Source: a virus
Taxonomy: Duplodnaviria > Caudoviricetes
IMG/VR virus record: IMGVR_UViG_3300028840_006308
Location: 1 to 59,782 of that record
Reading direction: 5' to 3' (one strand)
DNA length: 59,782 nucleotides
Made by a program: the position numbers and the translations under genes. Below, piece after piece: positions 8,989 through 18,327 of the stretch (positions are counted from its first letter, which is position 1; the number at the start of each line of letters is the position of its first letter). The notes below the pieces were generated by a model. It ran no database searches. It was not told the origin of the DNA and saw only the letters and a program-made list of their open reading frames with translations.

Positions 8989-9460
8989 CCGCACCATCGG
9001 ACGCATGCGTGAGCTTGCCACGCGCGATGCTCGGAACTGGCGGTTCATCCGCATCGCCACGCGCATCATCGCGGGCTGCCCGCACAAGAGCTACCTGTGC
9101 CACGGCAAGCGCATCCTGCACTTTGTGAAGCGATATGTGCAGTACGTGCCCGACCCGGCCACATCCGTGGAGAATGGGAGCCAGATAGAGCTGGTGCAGG
9201 CGCCCTTCCAGACTTTGCGGCGACGGGCCGGAGACTGCGACGACACCTCGACCCTGGTAGCCGCCCTGGCGATGGCCGTGGGCATCCCCGCGCGTTTCGC
9301 CACCATCAAGGCCGACAAACGGCGCACGGACGAGTTCAGTCACGTGTACGCCGAGCTGCAGGTCAATAACAACTGGATGGGGGCGGACGCCTCCGTCGCC
9401 AAGAGTTACCTGGGATGGCAGCCTCCCGTGCACTACGGGAAGGAAACCTGGAGGATTTAG
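8945..9460 (+). CDS. Transglutaminase-like cysteine protease
   Basis: Cys-His-Asp triad motifs GDCDD, SHVYAE, WMGADAS. Confidence 0.85.
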   Translation: MSFLESIPAGRPGTSRTIGRMRELATRDARNWRFIRIATRIIAGCPHKSYLCHGKRILHFVKRYVQYVPDPATSVENGSQIELVQAPFQTLRRRAGDCDDTSTLVAALAMAVGIPARFATIKADKRRTDEFSHVYAELQVNNNWMGADASVAKSYLGWQPPVHYGKETWRI

Positions 9461-9462
9461 GC

Positions 9463-10908
9463 ATGAAGCGCAAGCGCGAGTTTTTCCCCAGCACCCACGT
9501 CGAGGTGACCCGTCGCCAGGGGATAATCCGGGACATCTTCGGGATGGGCAATTTCTACGAGCCGCACGACTTCTATAACCCCCTGAACGTCCGCGGACCG
9601 GAGTTCCGGAGGAAGATAGTCGAGCGCGCCAAGCGCGTCATGGCCAAGGCCCCGGAGCGCCAGCGCCTGGCGGCCACGCGCAAGGTGCTCGCCGAGAAAC
9701 TGGTCACCCGCAAAGGTCCGGCGGTCGGTAAGGCCATCGCCGCGCGGCGCCTGGAGATAGAGGCCCGCAAGAAGGGGCTCAAGCCCATTTCGCCGCGCAC
9801 CAAGGCGCTGGCCAAGATGATCCCCCCGAAGCTCTACCGCAGCCTGCGTTCAGGGCCCAAGGACGACGTCATGCGCCTGCCCGCAACCCGGCAGACCTAC
9901 CTCGTGACCGCGCCCCAGCCGGTGCTTCGAGACGAGTACCAGCTTCCCACTCCGCGGCATGCCTACAACCGGGTGGGCAAACTGGTGGCCCCGGGCAGCG
10001 AGCAGCCCTACGTGGACCCCGCGTCGATCAACGTCCAGACCGATGCCTACCAGCGCACGGCGAACCAGGTCATCCAGGTTAGCCAGGAGCCGCACCCGAC
10101 GTTCTACGACGAGGAGGTGCCCTCGACGTGGTTCAACCCCATGGAGAGCATGACCAAGCGCGGCGACCAGCCCTTTGTCCCCAAGGACCGCGGCATCGGT
10201 GAGCCCGAGAAGACCGCGGTCATCCACGAGAAGGATTACGGGCTCTTCCAGCACATCGACAAGCAGCTGCGCCCGCCCATGCTCATCTCCAAGGAGGAGA
10301 TGGGCTTCCCCTACATGCGCGGCGAGGCACAGCGCTACGCGGGCATGACCAGCGGTGCCGCGGCCGTCACGCCGGTGGACCCCAGCGTCATCAAGGGCCA
10401 GCCCTGGCAGAGCCCGGCCTTCGCGCACCACAATCTGCCCGAGGGCACCATCCAGAACGACCCCGACCCCGAGGCGGGGATGGGCGCATGGCCCTCGGGA
10501 CTCGGCATCGACTCGCGCGAGATGGCGCACAAGCTCTACGACCGCATCAGTTTCCTGGAGCAGGAGATAGAAGGGCTCAACCCGGCCGCCATGGCGGACG
10601 TCGCATCGGACTTCGCGGTCCAGCGCGCGACCATCCAGAGCCTCTTCGAGGACATCGAGAGAACCCCAACGGCGGGCGTGGTGGAGATAGCCAAGTCGGC
10701 GACCTTCATGGCTACGGGGAAATACTACCTCGAGAAGCTCGAGAAGGAGTACGAGAAGGTCTCGAGGGAAGCACCGAGGCCGGTGCCGGTTGTCCACGCC
10801 GAGCCGGTGGTTTCCGAACCCGTCAAGAAGGCCGCGCTCGGCGTCGGAGCCGTAGCCGCGCTCGCAGCCCTGGGCGTCGGCGGATATCTGCTCTATAAGG
10901 CCAGCTAG
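9463..10908 (+). CDS. Putative virion membrane protein with C-terminal anchor
   Basis: ATG at 9463 after GGAGG; IRDIFGMG and GMGAWPSGLG motifs; terminal AALGVGAVAALAALGVGGYLLYK. Confidence 0.7.
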   Translation: MKRKREFFPSTHVEVTRRQGIIRDIFGMGNFYEPHDFYNPLNVRGPEFRRKIVERAKRVMAKAPERQRLAATRKVLAEKLVTRKGPAVGKAIAARRLEIEARKKGLKPISPRTKALAKMIPPKLYRSLRSGPKDDVMRLPATRQTYLVTAPQPVLRDEYQLPTPRHAYNRVGKLVAPGSEQPYVDPASINVQTDAYQRTANQVIQVSQEPHPTFYDEEVPSTWFNPMESMTKRGDQPFVPKDRGIGEPEKTAVIHEKDYGLFQHIDKQLRPPMLISKEEMGFPYMRGEAQRYAGMTSGAAAVTPVDPSVIKGQPWQSPAFAHHNLPEGTIQNDPDPEAGMGAWPSGLGIDSREMAHKLYDRISFLEQEIEGLNPAAMADVASDFAVQRATIQSLFEDIERTPTAGVVEIAKSATFMATGKYYLEKLEKEYEKVSREAPRPVPVVHAEPVVSEPVKKAALGVGAVAALAALGVGGYLLYKAS

Positions 10909-10919
10909 GAGGCATACTG

Positions 10920-11654
10920 ATGGCCCGCATCGGCTGCAACCGCAATTATATAAGAGACTTCTTTGGAATGGGTACCTACGCCTGCCTTCCCAGGCTTGAG
11001 CGCCCAGACGAACATGCCCAGGTCGTGAATCGGGGCATGGGCGACCTGTACTCCGAGAGTGAGGCGCGCGGGATCCTTGATGCAGCCAACGCAGCGGCGA
11101 CCAGCGCTCAGGCCGCCTATAACAAGGCGTATCCCGAGCTGGTGAAGACCCAGGTCGACACGCTCTACAAGAAGAGCCTGCCCGCGATGCGTCAAGCCCT
11201 GGGGCGTGCCGAGGCGCAGTTTACCGCCGAGCTCGAGAAGCCGTTCTATGTGAACAGCGACTACGACCTCGCCGTGAAGAACGCGCGCCAGGCCGAGACC
11301 TACGCCAAGAACATCATCGCGGATATCGCCGCCTTCCTGCGCTACAACCGCGACGAACGCGAGCGCCTGAAGGACATGGAGGCCCAGCGCCAGTTGGCCT
11401 TGAAGCAGGCCGTTTCGGACGAGGAGGTCAAGGCCGCCCAGGGGGGGCTCGTAGCCTATGCGGGATTCAAGGCCAAGGAGGCGGGCGAGGAGCTCGGGGA
11501 GACCACGAAGCAGATAGCCGAGGGGATGATGGGGGCGTTAACGGGGTTCCTGAAGGGCATCCCCTGGTGGATGTGGGTGCTCGGGCTCGGGGTCGCGGGT
11601 GCGTACATCGCCGGTCCGGCGCTCGCCACCCGGGCCTTGGCGCGGCGCGCATAA
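10920..11654 (+). CDS. Putative virion membrane protein
   Basis: IRDFFGMG and RGMGD motifs; TM segment PWWMWVLGLGVAGAYI. Confidence 0.7.
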   Translation: MARIGCNRNYIRDFFGMGTYACLPRLERPDEHAQVVNRGMGDLYSESEARGILDAANAAATSAQAAYNKAYPELVKTQVDTLYKKSLPAMRQALGRAEAQFTAELEKPFYVNSDYDLAVKNARQAETYAKNIIADIAAFLRYNRDERERLKDMEAQRQLALKQAVSDEEVKAAQGGLVAYAGFKAKEAGEELGETTKQIAEGMMGALTGFLKGIPWWMWVLGLGVAGAYIAGPALATRALARRA

Positions 11655-11669
11655 CGGGAGGACGGTTCC

Positions 11670-12086
11670 ATGGAAGAATGGATCAACTCGCAGATGATGC
11701 ACGAGCGGTCGGGAGGCCGTTTCGGCTCCATGGAAGGCGGCCCCGCCTATCACGTCGTGGCGGGGACCGACATTCAAATCACCGGAGCGGGCACCACCGA
11801 AGAACCCGGCGGATACGAACTCGACGAGCTCAGCGCCGAGATGCGCAGCATCCTCGACGTGCCCCGGCCCGCGGTGGGCATCGTGGACGAGACGGGAACG
11901 GTGCGCGAGATGGTCGGTGCCGGGGCGAGTCCCGACGTAACCGTAACCGCCCCGCGGGAGTATGCACCCGACTACTCGCAGATTTCGCCTGTAACGCCCG
12001 CGCCCAATACCGATGCGGGCAAGTTGCTCAAGGTCGGCATCGCGGCGGCGGTCCTCGTCGGCGCCTGGATGTGGTTTAAGGGGTAA
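11670..12086 (+). CDS. Putative virion membrane protein
   Basis: C-terminal TM VGIAAAVLVGAWMWFKG. Confidence 0.7.
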   Translation: MEEWINSQMMHERSGGRFGSMEGGPAYHVVAGTDIQITGAGTTEEPGGYELDELSAEMRSILDVPRPAVGIVDETGTVREMVGAGASPDVTVTAPREYAPDYSQISPVTPAPNTDAGKLLKVGIAAAVLVGAWMWFKG

Positions 12087-12089
12087 GGC

Positions 12090-13127
12090 ATGGCCAAGAA
12101 GAAGAAAGCCAAGAAGCGCAAGGCCAAGAAGGCCGTCAAACGCAAGAAGAAGAACCCGGCCATGAAGCCCAGGAAACGGCCGCTGGCGAAGGCCACCAAG
12201 AAGGCTCGGCGCAAGAAGGTCGCCAAGGCGCTCAAGAGCAACAAGGTGCCCAAAGCCCCCAAGGGCTACAAGCTCTGGAACCAGGTGCTCTACAAGCGCA
12301 TGGCCGACCAGGTGGCCGACCGCCTGCGCAAGGAGGGCAACCTCGCCCGGGTCGTGAAGGGCTACGACCCGAAGATATTCTCGGGCGAAGGGCACGACGT
12401 TTACACCGTGTTCTACAAGCGCGCTTCGAGGCCTCCGAAGCCCGTGCCTGTCAAGTTCAACCCGGAGAAGTACAAACGCACGCGCATCGCCGACCCGCGC
12501 GAATTCGACTCGCGCTCCTTCCGCGTGAAGAACGTACCCGGCAAGAGCCACAAGCTCGTCGTGGCCTGCCCCATCGGCTCCTGGGACGCCAAGACGGGCC
12601 GCTGCAAGGCGGGGATGGAAGTGCAGTCGGTCCTCACGGAGAAAAAGCCCCGCGGCAAGAACCCGTTGCTGATGGTGGTCCCGAACAAGAAGAAGGCCAA
12701 GAAGGCGAAGAAGAAGCCCAAGCGCAAGAACCCGCTGCTGATGGTCGTGCCGAACAAGGGCAAGAAGAAGGAGAAAAACCCCCCGAAGGGCTGGCACGAG
12801 AAGCAGCGCCGCGAGTACGCCAAGCGCATGGCCGAAGATCTGAAGGCCGAGCACGGCAAGGGCGCGGACTACTGGCAGGGCGCCACCTCGGCGGAGGCTC
12901 GCGCAGTGGCGGCCAACGCACCGCGCATTCGCAAGTTGATGGCCATCAAGAAGCGCGGCAAGGCAGGGATGGTCGACGGCCGCAAGGTCTCGGCCCCCCT
13001 GGCGAGCGCCATCGTGAAGTGCTACGCGCAGCTGGATGCGGCGGGCAAGCGGACCTTCGGCAAGGCGCCACTCGACCGCATGGTGGCCGTGGTCCAGCGC
13101 CTGCACGGCCGCGGAGTGCTCAAGTAG
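12090..13127 (+). CDS. Lys/Arg-rich putative DNA-condensing core protein
   Basis: Extremely basic; repeated KNP motifs including two copies of KNPLLMVVPNK. Confidence 0.7.
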   Translation: MAKKKKAKKRKAKKAVKRKKKNPAMKPRKRPLAKATKKARRKKVAKALKSNKVPKAPKGYKLWNQVLYKRMADQVADRLRKEGNLARVVKGYDPKIFSGEGHDVYTVFYKRASRPPKPVPVKFNPEKYKRTRIADPREFDSRSFRVKNVPGKSHKLVVACPIGSWDAKTGRCKAGMEVQSVLTEKKPRGKNPLLMVVPNKKKAKKAKKKPKRKNPLLMVVPNKGKKKEKNPPKGWHEKQRREYAKRMAEDLKAEHGKGADYWQGATSAEARAVAANAPRIRKLMAIKKRGKAGMVDGRKVSAPLASAIVKCYAQLDAAGKRTFGKAPLDRMVAVVQRLHGRGVLK

Positions 13128-13136
13128 GGAGGTCCC

Positions 13137-13790
13137 ATGGCGAAGCGTAAGCTACCCGATCACGTTGATAAGTGGTTCAAGACGCGCGCGGAGGCCATGG
13201 CCTACAAGCGCAAGGTGGACAAGACGGGCCGCGTGGCGACCTTGCCCCGGAAGTTCAAGGGCAAGTGGATAGTCCGCTCGACGCGTCACTCCCTGAAGGC
13301 TCCGTCGCTCTGGAGCATCCGCCAGGCGGAGAAGCGCGCGGCGGCCAAGCGGAAGGCCAAGCGCAAAGCCTCTAAGCCCAAGAAGGCCAAGGGGAAAGCG
13401 AAGAAGGGCAAGAAGAAGGCCCGTCGTAACCCCGGCACCAAGTTGTCGGCCGCCGATATGCAGGAGCTCATGAAGGATCCCGAGTTCAAGAAGGCCCTCA
13501 AGCTCTACCGGAAACTGCACGGGTGCGACCCCGAGAGCATCTCGCGCCGGGTACTTCCCATCGGCGGCAAGCGGGTCACCGGGCGCGAGTTCTTCGTTTC
13601 TATGGGAAAGGCGCCTGCGGAGAGCTACGAGCCCCACCAGAAGAACTCCAAGAAGAAGGGCACCATCTGGGTGCATCCCTACGACGACAAGCCGGAGAAG
13701 GTGGTTTCGGCCGATGGCAAGACCATCATCACGATGCCTGGTAGCCACGCGGTGCGGGTGATCGACGGCGAGGCGTGGATCGACGGATAG
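13137..13790 (+). CDS. Basic putative core protein
   Basis: K/A-rich linker ending in RRNP, followed by a globular domain. Confidence 0.7.
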   Translation: MAKRKLPDHVDKWFKTRAEAMAYKRKVDKTGRVATLPRKFKGKWIVRSTRHSLKAPSLWSIRQAEKRAAAKRKAKRKASKPKKAKGKAKKGKKKARRNPGTKLSAADMQELMKDPEFKKALKLYRKLHGCDPESISRRVLPIGGKRVTGREFFVSMGKAPAESYEPHQKNSKKKGTIWVHPYDDKPEKVVSADGKTIITMPGSHAVRVIDGEAWIDG

Positions 13791-13850
13791 GCTTTCTGGC
13801 AAGGAACGTCAAGACAGAGCCAAGAAAAGGAGAAACAAGGCATTTCAGGC

Positions 13851-13880
13851 TTGACTCGGTAGCCCCGCGCACTGTAAACT
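13851..13880 (+). promoter_or_regulatory. Sigma70-type promoter for the core/capsid genes
   Basis: TTGACT-18 nt-TAAACT. Confidence 0.6.
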
Positions 13881-13934
13881 ACCTGCGGAGCGAGTTAGAG
13901 CCCAAACAACGGACATCCAAGTAGGGCCGTAGAG

Positions 13935-13986
13935 AGCCCCGCGATCTGAGGCGCACGACGCCTCCTTTCGCGGGGCTTTTTGTTTT
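13935..13986 (+). terminator. Terminator-like hairpin in the leader of the core/capsid operon
   Basis: AGCCCCGCGA (13935-44)/TCGCGGGGCT (13968-77) followed by a T tract, just before the RBS at 13988. Confidence 0.65.
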
Positions 13987-13998
13987 GGGAGGTTTTCG

Positions 13999-15099
13999 AT
14001 GGCAGTCGAGGCAGTCGTGCTCAACCACCCCCGGGGAAAGGTGAGGCTAACCAAGAAGGAGCTCCACGCTCTCGCTGGCTGGCCAAAGCTGAACCCCAAG
14101 GGCGGGGGCACCAAGAGGAGGAAGAAGGGAATGAAGAAGAACAAGTCCGGTGTCCCCAAGAGCGCCCGGGGCAAAGCCTACCGCAAGGTGGTGAAGAAGT
14201 ACGGCGTGATCGAGGGCGCGAAGAAGTGGCGGAGCATGAAGCGCAAGCCGAAGTTCGCGGCCAACATCATCACGGGCAACCGCAAGCCCAAGCGCCCGGC
14301 CAAGAAGAAGAAAAGCGTGAAGCGGAACTACGGCACCAAGAGCGGGTTCCGGAAGGCCGCCAAGAAGAAGGGCCTCACCGTCAAGAAGTACGCCAAGCGC
14401 ATCGGCCGCAAGGGCGGCAAGGCTCGCTGGGGCCTGAACAAGCCCGCGAAGCGGAACTACGGCGTTCGCCGCAACAAGGCCGGACTGGCCTCCTTCAAGA
14501 AGAGCTTCAAGGAGCTCCTTACGCTCGACACCCTGAAGGACGGGCTGCAGGTCGCCGGTGGTGGCATGCTTTCGGTCGCCGTCCCGAACGTGGTCCTGGG
14601 CCTCAAGGCGCTCGAGGGCAAGGTCCCCGAGGTTCTGACCAAGGGCTGGGGCAAGTACCTGGTCAACCTGGTGGCCGTGGGCCTGACCAGCGGGACCGCA
14701 TCGTTCTTCGGCCAGACCAAGCTGGCCAAGAACTTCCTCCTGGGTGGCGTGGCCGCCACGCTCAACAGCGTGATCCTCGACCAGGTCCACGTCCAGGCTA
14801 AGAAGAACCCGTCCGGCGTAGCGGCCAAGGTCGCCGCGGCTGTCGCCCCCGGCGGCACCATGGGCATCCTGACCCAGGACGTCGAGCAGGCGGTGGAGCA
14901 GGCGGTCGAGGCCGAGCTGCAGCGCCAGGGCCTGAGCGACTACCTGGTCCCCGAGGAAGCCGCGAACCCCGCGCTGAAGGACTACCTGGTACCGGCCGAG
15001 GTGGTATCGCCCACCATGGCCGACTACCTGACCCCCGCCGAGGCGGTTAACCCCGCGCTGGGCATCGTTACCGACGCAGACGCCGTAATGGCTTTCTGA
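13999..15099 (+). CDS. Putative major core/membrane protein
   Basis: Basic N-half with KRNY/KKNP motifs, hydrophobic middle, acidic C-terminal repeats LSDYLVP/LKDYLVP/MADYLTP. Confidence 0.7.
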   Translation: MAVEAVVLNHPRGKVRLTKKELHALAGWPKLNPKGGGTKRRKKGMKKNKSGVPKSARGKAYRKVVKKYGVIEGAKKWRSMKRKPKFAANIITGNRKPKRPAKKKKSVKRNYGTKSGFRKAAKKKGLTVKKYAKRIGRKGGKARWGLNKPAKRNYGVRRNKAGLASFKKSFKELLTLDTLKDGLQVAGGGMLSVAVPNVVLGLKALEGKVPEVLTKGWGKYLVNLVAVGLTSGTASFFGQTKLAKNFLLGGVAATLNSVILDQVHVQAKKNPSGVAAKVAAAVAPGGTMGILTQDVEQAVEQAVEAELQRQGLSDYLVPEEAANPALKDYLVPAEVVSPTMADYLTPAEAVNPALGIVTDADAVMAF

Positions 15100-15165
15100 G
15101 CGGATGTTCCGCTCGGGCCGTAACGGCAGAGTGGTCTTTACCCTAACGGGAAGGAGCACAGTGAG

Positions 15166-15774
15166 ATGAAGGGCACGGGAATTGCACTGAGTCGCCCCGC
15201 ACCGGCTGGTTACGTGCGGGCGTACAGGAACCCCCTGTACGACACCGACGACCTGCAGGCAGCCGCGACCGCACAGGTCCGGTTCTTCCAGGTTCCGGTC
15301 GGTCAGCTGAACGCTTCGGCGGCTGTGAAGACCGAGGCAGACACCAACCTGACCCAGGCCGGGCAGCTGGCTAACCCCCAGATGTTCGACCTCTTCGGCT
15401 TCCAGTTCGAGACGGAGCCGCAGGTCGTGGTCGCGGACCAGGTGCTGGTCTACCAGCGCGGTGTCTTCGAGTTCTCCTTCGGCACCCAGCGGATCTGGCT
15501 GCAGGTTCCCCTCAGCCGCATTCCGCAGGGCCCCAGCCAGTACATCACCGCCGCAGCGACCACGGTCGCCGCGACCACCATCCAGAGCGCGGTGTGGGGC
15601 TCGCCGAGCGTGCGGGAATACTACCCGTTCGTGAAGCCGGATGGCGCTCCGTATCGCATCAAGGCGACGGAGACCTTCCAGTGCCGCACCTTCTGGCCGA
15701 GTGCGGCCATCACCGCCTCCGCGGTGACGACCCTCCGCACGTTCATGATCGGCATCCTCTACATCGGCCTGTAG
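15166..15774 (+). CDS. Candidate major capsid protein (single jelly-roll-like)
   Basis: 202 aa, beta-rich (PLYDT, RFFQVPVG, KTEADTNL); strong RBS; followed by a terminator hairpin. Fold is inferred. Confidence 0.55.
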   Translation: MKGTGIALSRPAPAGYVRAYRNPLYDTDDLQAAATAQVRFFQVPVGQLNASAAVKTEADTNLTQAGQLANPQMFDLFGFQFETEPQVVVADQVLVYQRGVFEFSFGTQRIWLQVPLSRIPQGPSQYITAAATTVAATTIQSAVWGSPSVREYYPFVKPDGAPYRIKATETFQCRTFWPSAAITASAVTTLRTFMIGILYIGL

Positions 15775-15803
15775 AGGCGGAAAGAAAAACGACCGGGGGA
15801 GCT

Positions 15804-15830
15804 AGTGGGGGCCTTCGGGCCCCCACTTTC
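15804..15830 (+). terminator. UUCG hairpin/terminator after the candidate capsid gene
   Basis: AGTGGGGGCC-TTCG-GGCCCCCACT then TTC. Confidence 0.7.
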
Positions 15831-15897
15831 CCCTCCGGCCCATACAAAGGAACTTCTTTCGTCTGGGTGGCTTTTTAGCCGGAAAGGAGTCGCAGAG

Positions 15898-16773
15898 GTG
15901 GCTAGAGTCAGTTCGTTCGTTCGTAACGCCGGGGGCAAGCTGGTCCCCAACCCTTCCAAGCTAGACGTCCAGTCCTTCTACCTGGTACCCGACAACCCCA
16001 ACAATCCGGTCACGGTCGGTGCGGGCGCAACCAGCCCGCCCATCCTCTTCACCGTAGGCCAGGACGGCCCCTTCGAGGGGTTCTACCTGACTCACGAGAA
16101 GACGAACCAGACCCTCATGACCGTGGACATCTACGATGAAGCGGCGCGCCGCCACCTGATGAACCGTCCGGTGCACATCGACACGATCATGGGCCAGACG
16201 CTTACGGCGGTGGGCCCCCGCGCCGGTGGTATCGGGCCACATCTCTTCGCCGAGACGCTCTTCATGCAGACCTCTCGGTCGCTTTCGATGACATTCGTCG
16301 ACGGCGCGGCCGGGAACACGGTCTGGCCCTCGGTGGTGGGACGGCGCTTCTACAACTACGCAAATCCCAGCGAGTCGATGGCCATGGCCGTCGAAAAGCG
16401 CGGAGCGCGCGCTCGCTTCTCGACTCCGTACTTCCTGACCACGACCGAGGACGTTTCGGTCGCGGGCGCGGCCACGGGACAGCAGTTCTTCCTGCAGGTC
16501 ACGCCCGAGGCGCACTTCGAGTGGTTCAAGCTCATGGTCGTCTCGACCGGCGCCTTCTCCTTCAGGCTGTACGACGCCCGCAATAACCGCGCCATCACCA
16601 ACGACTTCATCCACGTGAGCGCGGCGGCGGGCCAGGCGTCCTTCCCGATGGTGTTGCCCGAGCCCATCCTCTACCAGGCCAACACCCGCCTGCGCCTTGA
16701 GATAAACGAGCTCAGCGGCGCGGCGAACGACATCTACTTCACGATGGGCGGGAGGCGCATCTATGTCGCATGA
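15898..16773 (+). CDS. Tandem beta-domain protein (double jelly-roll-like capsid component)
   Basis: GTG at 15898 after AAAGGAG; two similar domains of about 130 aa ending VGRRFY and GGRRIY. Confidence 0.6.
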   Translation: MARVSSFVRNAGGKLVPNPSKLDVQSFYLVPDNPNNPVTVGAGATSPPILFTVGQDGPFEGFYLTHEKTNQTLMTVDIYDEAARRHLMNRPVHIDTIMGQTLTAVGPRAGGIGPHLFAETLFMQTSRSLSMTFVDGAAGNTVWPSVVGRRFYNYANPSESMAMAVEKRGARARFSTPYFLTTTEDVSVAGAATGQQFFLQVTPEAHFEWFKLMVVSTGAFSFRLYDARNNRAITNDFIHVSAAAGQASFPMVLPEPILYQANTRLRLEINELSGAANDIYFTMGGRRIYVA

Positions 16774-17380
16774 GATTCGGCCAGGAGGGAACGGCACCCT
16801 GGCGGGTCTCGGCGACTTGAGGGGCCCGGCCATCAAGCCGGATCCGCTGCCTGCGGGCCATCCGGACGGGGGCATGGGCGATTACGTCGAGCCCTTCGCC
16901 CGGCACATAGAGCCCGGTGGGCGGCGGCCGATGCCGCCGAAACCCATCGAGGCATACGTGCCACCCATCCCGGGCACACCGGGCATGCCAGGCGATGGCG
17001 TCGTCGCGATAAACCCCGCGATGCTGGAGACGCTCATCGAGGCACAACTGCGCGCGCTCGCCATCATCAAGGAGCGCGAGGGTGCCATCCCTACCATCGA
17101 AGAGCGCATGCATACCGCCACGGCGGAGGCGTTTACGGTGGGCACCACGGCGGTGCAACTTGACGCCATCACGCGCCGCGAACGCCGAGCGGTCATGCTC
17201 ACCAATACCAGCCTGGTCAACACGGTCTGGTATGGGTTCAGCGCAACCGTAGGCATCAATAACGGCGGATACCTCGCACCGGGCGGTGGCACCGCAAGCC
17301 TGCCCATCGACGAGAACGTCCAGGTCTGGACCATAGCCACCGCCGCAGGCACTGTCGTTTCCATCCTGCAGTTTGCGTAG
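16763..17380 (+). CDS. Putative vertex/penton or spike-base protein
   Basis: Pro-rich N-terminus with GLGD/GMGDY, a short helix, then a small beta-sandwich C-domain. Confidence 0.5.
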   Translation: MSHEIRPGGNGTLAGLGDLRGPAIKPDPLPAGHPDGGMGDYVEPFARHIEPGGRRPMPPKPIEAYVPPIPGTPGMPGDGVVAINPAMLETLIEAQLRALAIIKEREGAIPTIEERMHTATAEAFTVGTTAVQLDAITRRERRAVMLTNTSLVNTVWYGFSATVGINNGGYLAPGGGTASLPIDENVQVWTIATAAGTVVSILQFA

Positions 17381-17479
17381 GGCTCTTATGAGGAGGGCTC
17401 TTCGTGATACGCAGGACTTTAAGCTCGGAGGCCAGAGACAAGGTGACTAGCGCATCGCGGCCTCCGGAAGGAGCTCGCG

Positions 17480-18319
17480 ATGGCTGACACTCCTCGTTCT
17501 TTGGCGGCGCTTCAGGCGCTACTGGCCGACAACGTCTCCGGCGATATCTCGCCGCAGGACGTGCGGGACTTCCTGGTCTCGGTATACGCCGCGGACGGAT
17601 TGTTCCGGGACGTGGTGGTCTACAACAACACCACGAACCCCAACTACCAGCTGGACATCCCCAGCGGCAAGGTAGGCGACACCGACGGCATCGGTGTCAT
17701 CGAGGTATCGGGCACTCTAACGCTCGACATCACAGCATCCGGAGCCAACGGCCTGGATACCGGTGTTGAGGCCAACAGCACCTGGTACTACATCTACTTG
17801 ATCGCCAAGTCCTCGGACGGCACGGTGGCGAGCCTGCTTTCGACCAGCGCCAGCGCCCCGACCATGCCCGCCGATTACGACATGAAGCGCCTTGTGGGTG
17901 CGGTCTACAACGACAGCAGCGGCAACTTCCGACAGTTTGTGCAGGTCGGCAAAGACGTCTTGTATAGCGCGGCCATACAAGTTCAAAATGGAATACCATC
18001 AACAAACTGGACTGCGCTGAATTTGGACACGGCCGGAGCCGTTCCGCCCGATGTAGGGCGTCGAGCATGGATTGTGGAGTTCGTGAGTCATCAGGCCGTT
18101 CCCGGCACCTTCCTTCTGTATACCTTGCCGGGTACGCAGGCAGGAGCTGGTTCCGGAGGCGTTGCAAGGTGTAGTGTTGGTGCCTCTGCCGGTGGCCAGA
18201 ACTTCACACACCATTGGCCGCAGCGGGTCGATGCCAGCGCCATCTTCTCTTACTATAAATCCGCCTCAGGCAATACAGCATCACATAGTCTGCGGGTTGA
18301 CGGATTTGTGTTGAAATGA
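17480..18319 (+). CDS. Fibre/spike-like structural protein
   Basis: SGANGLDTG...STWYYIY...APTMP motif seen in phage fibre proteins. Confidence 0.6.
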   Translation: MADTPRSLAALQALLADNVSGDISPQDVRDFLVSVYAADGLFRDVVVYNNTTNPNYQLDIPSGKVGDTDGIGVIEVSGTLTLDITASGANGLDTGVEANSTWYYIYLIAKSSDGTVASLLSTSASAPTMPADYDMKRLVGAVYNDSSGNFRQFVQVGKDVLYSAAIQVQNGIPSTNWTALNLDTAGAVPPDVGRRAWIVEFVSHQAVPGTFLLYTLPGTQAGAGSGGVARCSVGASAGGQNFTHHWPQRVDASAIFSYYKSASGNTASHSLRVDGFVLK

Positions 18320-18327
18320 GGTGAAGG

